Positions 6,624-11,288 of a DNA stretch of 11,288 bases are shown here, piece after piece. The notes beneath the pieces were generated by a model that ran no database searches, was not told the DNA's origin, and saw nothing but the letters and a program-made list of their open reading frames with translations. The stretch is from assembly GCA_041946735.1 (NCBI GenBank), contig JBHGAY010000058.1, positions 1 to 11,288 of the forward strand. Direction: 5' to 3'. The DNA comes from Candidatus Eiseniibacteriota bacterium (lineage in GTDB: Bacteria; Eisenbacteria; RBG-16-71-46; CAIMUX01; VGJL01). A program made the translations under genes and the position numbers. Every line of letters begins with the position of its first letter. Position 1 is the stretch's first letter.

Positions 6624-6747
6624 TCGACTTCCGGGACAGCCGGTTGCGCAGGCTCTGCTCGGAAAACCCAAGGGCCTCCGCAGCCTGCTGGACGTCCAGG
6701 CGTGGGCCGTACTTGTCGAGAAGGTAGGCTTGCGTGAAGAAGCTCAT
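6526..6747 (-). CDS. Excisionase-like HTH DNA-binding protein (73 aa)
   Basis: LLDKYGPRLDVQQAAEALGFSEQSLRNRLS...RFVDVRDLAEYLD, an AlpA/Xis-type HTH. Convergent with and overlapping int. Confidence 0.85.
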   Translation of the reverse strand: MSFFTQAYLLDKYGPRLDVQQAAEALGFSEQSLRNRLSRKSINLRTYLDGGARFVDVRDLAEYLDQAREGVRA

Positions 6748-6768
6748 GGGATCACCCGCGTCAGGGCA

Positions 6769-7566
6769 TCAGCCGCCGCCGTTCTGCTGCACGACGTCGT
6801 CGATGCACGGATCGTCGTTGTGGACGGCAATCAGGTTGATGCCGGCCGGGTAGACGCTGTAGCCGTGACCGACCAGCCAGTCCTTCATTGCGATCACGTC
6901 GCTCTTGATGTGTTCGACCAGGAGGATCGGCTTGAACGACGTGATGGTCGCCTCGGCTCCGACCAGCACCTCCATCTCCATGCCTTCGACGTCGATCTTG
7001 GCGAAGTCGAGCCGCGGAATCGCCATCGAGTCGACCGTGATGGTGGACACCGGGAAGGTCTTGGAGTAGTCGATCGGCTGTCCGATGTCCTCGTTGCGAT
7101 CGCTCTTGCGCAGCTCGAGCGAGCCCAGACTGCCCTGGTCGTAGTAGTTCGGCAGCGGGATCTCCATGATCCCCTCCGCCGTGGCGCCGACCGCAGCGTG
7201 GATCGCCTGCGCGTTGAAGAGGTTGTTGATCGCGATGTTCCCGCACAGCGCGTAGAACAGCCGCTGTTGCGCCTCCACCGCGAACACCTGACCCCACCCC
7301 TGCATCAGCCGAGCCCACTCGATCGTGTGCACGCCGATGTTCGCGCCCAGGTCGAGCGCGAAGACGTTTTCGCCGTGGTTCTTGTATCGCGAGCGCAGGA
7401 TGTTCTTGGCCAGTTCGACCTCGTCCGGGTCGAACGCGCCCATGTTGAAGATCTGCCAGCCCACGCCGATGCCGGTGCGACCGTCCGGCGTGACCTTGCG
7501 GTCGTTGATGCTGACGATCATCGGGCCGTGCGCCGTCGCGGCCACGACGAACGGGATCGGCCTCAT
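6769..7566 (-). CDS. FkbM-family SAM-dependent methyltransferase (265 aa)
   Basis: ATG 7566 (ATGA overlap, GGAG RBS). Motifs LDLGANIGVHT, VFAVEAQ, AKIDVEGMEMEVLVGA and PILLVE. Confidence 0.92.
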   Translation of the reverse strand: MRPIPFVVAATAHGPMIVSINDRKVTPDGRTGIGVGWQIFNMGAFDPDEVELAKNILRSRYKNHGENVFALDLGANIGVHTIEWARLMQGWGQVFAVEAQQRLFYALCGNIAINNLFNAQAIHAAVGATAEGIMEIPLPNYYDQGSLGSLELRKSDRNEDIGQPIDYSKTFPVSTITVDSMAIPRLDFAKIDVEGMEMEVLVGAEATITSFKPILLVEHIKSDVIAMKDWLVGHGYSVYPAGINLIAVHNDDPCIDDVVQQNGGG

Positions 7567-7778
7567 TCGTCGTCTCCTTCGTTGACCGGAGCGCCGGCGG
7601 CCTCGACGGTCTGCCCGCTGCCCACGAGCCGCACGAGGTCGTCCTGGCTGGCGAGCAGCACGCCGAAGGACTCGCGCGCGACGTGGTTGCGGGCCTGGAT
7701 CGAATTCGCCGCCCGGACGAGCCGGTGCTGGCCGGTCGCCTTGTTGGTGACGACGTAGATGCGCGTGTTCGTGGTCAT
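7563..7778 (-). CDS. Phage hypothetical protein (71 aa)
   Basis: MTTNTRIYVVTNKATGQHRLVRAANSIQARNHVA... AGGAG RBS and ATGA overlaps on both sides. Confidence 0.8.
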   Translation of the reverse strand: MTTNTRIYVVTNKATGQHRLVRAANSIQARNHVARESFGVLLASQDDLVRLVGSGQTVEAAGAPVNEGDDE

Positions 7779-8122
7779 ACGATCTCCTGTGCGGCAAGCC
7801 GCTTGCGGGTTGAGAAGAAGTCGCGGTGCGCCGGGTGCAGCAGGCCAAAGAGCCGCGCGCAGTCCGGCGTCCAGATGTTGTTGAGCTTGAATTTCGGGTC
7901 GTTCTCGGTGATCCGCGTGTGGTGCCGGATCAACTCGAACAGGGTCTTGGCCGAGTAGTGCTGGCGCTTCGCGACCATCTCGAGCGCCCACGTCTCGAAC
8001 TTCACCCAGATCCGCCAGTTCTCTTTCAACCACTCGTAGAACCCCTGCTGGAATTCCGATGGCGTCAGTATCAGGACGGAGACGAGCACCGCCTGCTTGC
8101 GCGGGTCCTGGGTGGCGTTCAT
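7775..8122 (-). CDS. Conserved phage hypothetical protein (115 aa)
   Basis: ENWRIWVKFE..AL...HYSAKTLFELIRHHT...FKLNN....ARLF...HP...FF.TR pattern. Coupled on both sides. Confidence 0.8.
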   Translation of the reverse strand: MNATQDPRKQAVLVSVLILTPSEFQQGFYEWLKENWRIWVKFETWALEMVAKRQHYSAKTLFELIRHHTRITENDPKFKLNNIWTPDCARLFGLLHPAHRDFFSTRKRLAAQEIV

Positions 8123-9186
8123 GCCGGCAGCGCGTCGAAGTCAAGCTCGCGAAGCCACGTCGTCGCGGTGAGCCTGTCCACGCTGAAGTGAAGGGCGACG
8201 ACATCGAGGATCATGTCGGCCGTCGGGCGCGGAACCGCGGGCGCGGGTTGCTGCGCCACGGCCTTGCGGCGCTTCTTGGCCGCTTCCCGCTCGGCCTGCT
8301 CGCGCTGTGCGCGCTCCAGCGCCTCGCGTTCCTGCGCGATCCGGCGCTCCTCGGAGGCGATGCGTTCGCGCTCGGCGCGCGCGGCCGCTTCCTGTTCCTC
8401 GCGCTGCTGGCGCAGCGCCGCCTCTTCCGCCTCGCGCCGCTCGCGCGCTACGCGCTCTTCCTCGGCGATCCTGGCGCGCTCCTGCGCGAGTCTCGCCTCT
8501 TCGGCCTGTTGCTGTTCCTGGGCGAGTCGGCGTTCTTCGGCGAGCCGCGCTTCGTCGGCCTGCCGGCGCCGCTCCAACTCGGCGCGCTCTTCCGCGATGC
8601 GCTGTGCTTCGGCCTCGCGTTCCTTGGCCGCCTCGAGCAAGTCCTGCATCGCCCCGTAGGCCGCGATCTTGACCGCCTTCGCCTCGTGCGCGAACTCCCC
8701 GAACCAATCGTCGATCACGACGAGCTTGAGATCGTCGATCGCCTCCGAGATCGCCGCTGAGGTTTTCAGGTGCGCGGCCGCCGCTGCGAGTTTCGCGATG
8801 CCAGAAATCCTTTCCCGGATCGTCTGGATGCGCTGGCGCTCGGCTTCCTCGCGGGCCCGTTTCTCGTCCTCGCGCCGCTTCTCGTCGGCCTTGATCTGCT
8901 CGTCAATCGGCTGTTCGAGCTTGAGCAGTTCCGCTGTGATACGCCGCGCCTCGTCGTCGATCAACCTGCCGCGCTCCAGCACCGGCGCCTTGAGCGCGAC
9001 GCGGGCTTTCTCCAGGCTGCCGCGAAGCGTCACCAACTCCATGCGCGCCTTACGGGCCTCGTCGTTGCCGGCGACGGTGCGCAGGTTGAAGGCGACGCCC
9101 TCGTAGCGCTTGCGCAGTTCCGCGAGCCCGGACTCGATCGGGCTGTACTCGACGATCGCAGAGGGTTTGTTCGGCTCCTGTTCCAT
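8119..9186 (-). CDS. Long coiled-coil phage protein (355 aa)
   Basis: ATG 9186 after AGGAG. N-terminal IVEYSPIESGLAELRKRY...KAPVLERGRLIDDEARRI, a long E/R/A/Q-rich helix, and a small C-terminal helical domain (ILDVVALHFSV). Confidence 0.85.
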   Translation of the reverse strand: MEQEPNKPSAIVEYSPIESGLAELRKRYEGVAFNLRTVAGNDEARKARMELVTLRGSLEKARVALKAPVLERGRLIDDEARRITAELLKLEQPIDEQIKADEKRREDEKRAREEAERQRIQTIRERISGIAKLAAAAAHLKTSAAISEAIDDLKLVVIDDWFGEFAHEAKAVKIAAYGAMQDLLEAAKEREAEAQRIAEERAELERRRQADEARLAEERRLAQEQQQAEEARLAQERARIAEEERVARERREAEEAALRQQREEQEAAARAERERIASEERRIAQEREALERAQREQAEREAAKKRRKAVAQQPAPAVPRPTADMILDVVALHFSVDRLTATTWLRELDFDALPA

Positions 9187-9376
9187 GCTCTCTCCTATGC
9201 CTGAATTCATGCCGGTCTTTCCCGGCTGTCCGTGCCATCACGCGGCCCCGGGAGCGAGCCGGGTACGAGGAACAGGGGTCGGGGAAAGGAGGGAAAGCCC
9301 GCCGCTGCCGCCGCGCTGGCACTGGGTCCGTTTGCGCGCCGCGGCGGCGCCGACACGGTTTCCTTGTCGCGTTCGT

Positions 9377-9772
9377 TCACTGCCCCGGGGTTCCTTTGGA
9401 TTGAATCTTCTCGGACAGTTCGTTCACGTCGTGATCGAAAACGTCGACCAACGGGCCGGCCTCGTCAATGGCCGAGAGCATGTCGTCGAGGTCGAGGTAT
9501 CTCATCTCTCGCCAGAGGAACATGACCATTCTTTCGACCAGCGTGCGGCGCACATCCGTGACGTCTTCGTCGCTCGCCTCGCCGCGCGCGAACGCTTGCC
9601 CTACCGAGAAAGCCATGACGAAGATCTCGTGCGTCATGGCGACGAGCCTCGCGGCGTGGCGGATGTTCTTCCCGTTCGCGCCGGACCGGGCTTCGATCCC
9701 ATCCAGGATCTCGGTGATGCGTGCGCGATGCGCCTTGACGGCGTCGCGTACCTGCTCCCTGTGGTTCAGCAT
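9377..9772 (-). CDS. Hypothetical protein (131 aa)
   Basis: Helical globular-looking ORF overlapping the exonuclease stop. GAGGA upstream. Confidence 0.7.
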   Translation of the reverse strand: MLNHREQVRDAVKAHRARITEILDGIEARSGANGKNIRHAARLVAMTHEIFVMAFSVGQAFARGEASDEDVTDVRRTLVERMVMFLWREMRYLDLDDMLSAIDEAGPLVDVFDHDVNELSEKIQSKGTPGQ

Positions 9773-10467
9773 GCGAAAGTCATCCTCTTGTGAATGAGTC
9801 GGGCACGGTCGACGTCACCCGCGCAGTACGTGGCCACGTCGGCGATGCGGCCGGCCTGCACGAAGTCCCAGACGAGACTGCCGTCGATCTCGATGCCGTC
9901 CAGTTCGGCCCCTTTGGGCGGGATCCCGAAGACGCGGCAGAGCTTGTCCAAGCTCACCGTGTCGCGCACGCCGGCCCACTCGGTCATCGTGTCGAAAACG
10001 GCGTCGTCCCACGGCTTCGCCTTGAACGGGATCCACGGCGGGGGCACCACACCGCGCACGATCGCGCGCTGGCGCATGAACCGCAGATCGAAGCCGAGGA
10101 CGTTGTGGCCGACGTAGGTGCCGCGCCGCCCGTGCGCCGACTTGTGGATGTCGGTGAGCACCACGAAGATTTCCTTGAGCAGCTTGCACTCGTCTTCCCA
10201 GTCCTCGCGGTAGACCTTGACGACCGGCTCGTCGTTGACCGCGATCGCCGCGCACGCGATCTGCCCGTAGGCACCGTCCAGCGCGGTCTTGCGCCACGCC
10301 TCCTCGATCGCGGCCGGCTTCTGTTCGGCCTCCCACTTCGCGATCGTCTCCGGCTTGCTCATTTGCGCCGGGTGCGTGATGGTCTCGGCAATCAGGTTGC
10401 GCAGGCCCGGGTCTTGTCCGGGGATCGTCTCGAGATCGAGGTAGATGTCCAGGCGTCCGTCGCTCAT
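9766..10467 (-). CDS. Stand-alone DEDDy 3'-5' exonuclease (PolB-exo/RNase H-like), 233 aa
   Basis: ExoI YLDLETIP, ExoII GHNVLGFDLRF and ExoIII YCAGD. ATG 10467 with AGGAG RBS. Confidence 0.9.
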   Translation of the reverse strand: MSDGRLDIYLDLETIPGQDPGLRNLIAETITHPAQMSKPETIAKWEAEQKPAAIEEAWRKTALDGAYGQIACAAIAVNDEPVVKVYREDWEDECKLLKEIFVVLTDIHKSAHGRRGTYVGHNVLGFDLRFMRQRAIVRGVVPPPWIPFKAKPWDDAVFDTMTEWAGVRDTVSLDKLCRVFGIPPKGAELDGIEIDGSLVWDFVQAGRIADVATYCAGDVDRARLIHKRMTFAC

Positions 10468-10706
10468 TGTGGTTCTCCTGCGTAGACGTTGGGGTCTTGA
10501 CCGGGTTCGTCGACGGCACCGAAGTGGCCGCTGACCCAGGCATTGCATTTGACCGATGGCGGCGTGTACTTGCCGCGGAACTCCGCGGGCGCCGGAGCGA
10601 GGCACATGGCCGTGACGTGGCCGCCGCCGAAGCATTGCGCGACCATCTCGCTCCAGTACCGGCAACCGGCGCAGTTGCGGGTCTCGCCGTAGGTGCGGTC
10701 GCTCAT
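10464..10706 (-). CDS. Cys-rich phage hypothetical protein (80 aa)
   Basis: CAGCRYW...C...C...CNAW. GAGG RBS and ATGA overlap with the exonuclease. Confidence 0.75.
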   Translation of the reverse strand: MSDRTYGETRNCAGCRYWSEMVAQCFGGGHVTAMCLAPAPAEFRGKYTPPSVKCNAWVSGHFGAVDEPGQDPNVYAGEPQ

Positions 10707-10713
10707 TACCGCC

Positions 10714-10968
10714 TCACGCGAGACACGCCGAAGCGCGGCGCTGCAGGACGTACGCGATGTCGTCCTCGAGATCCAGCACGCTCACGCGCGCGTCGTAGAC
10801 GCCGACCACCGCTTCTGGGCCGACACGCCGCAGCACGAGGTCGAATTCCTCGGCGGGAACCGCGCGCACCGTGTCGTCGTTCGTCACGAAGACGCACCGG
10901 CGGCCGCTGCGATTTCGGAGCATCAGGCCGATGCGGCCGGCCGCGGAGAGAGCCGCGTTCGCGATCAT
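10714..10968 (-). CDS. Phage hypothetical protein (84 aa)
   Basis: MIANAALSAAGRIG...VVGVYD...LEDDI. GGGAG RBS. Confidence 0.7.
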   Translation of the reverse strand: MIANAALSAAGRIGLMLRNRSGRRCVFVTNDDTVRAVPAEEFDLVLRRVGPEAVVGVYDARVSVLDLEDDIAYVLQRRASACLA

Positions 10969-11009
10969 TTCGTGCTCCCGCGCTCGCCGATGGAGTCGGA
11001 TTCGCGCAT
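10965..11009 (-). CDS. 14-aa mini-ORF
   Basis: MRESDSIGERGSTK*. GGAGG RBS, TGATG overlap upstream and ATGA overlap downstream. Confidence 0.5.
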   Translation of the reverse strand: MRESDSIGERGSTK

Positions 11010-11288
11010 CACGCCTCCACCTCGACGAAATCACCGTCCTCGCCGAGCGCGTACCAGGTGTCGGCCTTGATTCCATCTCGCCCGGCGATACCGGACCGCA
11101 CATGCCGGATGCTGCCATCGTCATTGCGATAGCACAGCACGATCGCGGAGCCGGAGCACGCCAGAGCCCGGCCACCGAAGCCGGTCGCCAGCGCGACCGA
11201 ATCTTTCCCGGTCGCGCTGGCCGCGCCTCGCCAGCCGGTCGCGCTGGCCGCGCCTCGCTCGCCGGTCGCGCTGGCCGCGCCTCGCTCG
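11009..11288 (-). CDS. C-terminal part of a phage GAASATG-repeat protein (5' end outside window)
   Basis: Not in the ORF track. Manual translation: ERGAASATGERGAASATGWRGAASATGKDSVALATG...SAIVLCYRNDDGSIRHVRSGIAGRDGIKADTWYALGEDGDFVEVEA*. Confidence 0.85.
   Translation of the reverse strand, partial: ERGAASATGERGAASATGWRGAASATGKDSVALATGFGGRALACSGSAIVLCYRNDDGSIRHVRSGIAGRDGIKADTWYALGEDGDFVEVEA
11208..11288. repeat. 27-bp coding tandem repeat (3 units visible, truncated by window)
   Basis: CCGGTCGCGCTGGCCGCGCCTCG begins at 11208, 11235 and 11262 and encodes xRGAASATG. Confidence 0.9.

Noticed and set aside
5292..6671. 459-aa minus-strand ORF
   Set aside because: Antisense shadow of the integrase in GC-rich DNA. 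It has no recognisable motifs and crosses the attP.
6730..9793. Long plus-strand ORFs (6730-7758, 8059-8760, 9110-9793 etc.)
   Set aside because: Antisense shadows of well-supported, coupled minus-strand genes.
11208..11288. CRISPR array
   Set aside because: Repeats are contiguous 27-bp in-frame coding units without unique spacers, and no cas genes are present.

Overview
GC-rich temperate phage (or excised prophage) early/accessory region, probably from a proteobacterial host (inferred from protein families only). Almost all genes lie on the minus strand as a tightly coupled string of small phage ORFs. From right to left: GAASATG-repeat protein, DEDDy 3'-5' exonuclease, coiled-coil protein, FkbM-family methyltransferase, excisionase-like HTH, HNH endonuclease, beta-class amino-DNA methyltransferase, PD-(D/E)XK/MmcB-like protein, Lar-like protein, DUF551-like protein and an ASCH-like protein. 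One plus-strand tyrosine integrase (5547-6623) sits in the middle, next to an apparently intact attP (about 5350-5540). The attP core matches the 5' END of a tRNA (GCCCCCGTAGCTCAA) and is preceded by a -10/discriminator-like element. Other notable signals are an HNH gene that appears to have replaced the interior of a C5 DNA methyltransferase, a G10 tract that frameshifts an otherwise coupled gene, repeated gene-junction linkers, a 14-codon coupling ORF and two structured intergenic leaders. Family assignments come from motif recognition, not database searches.
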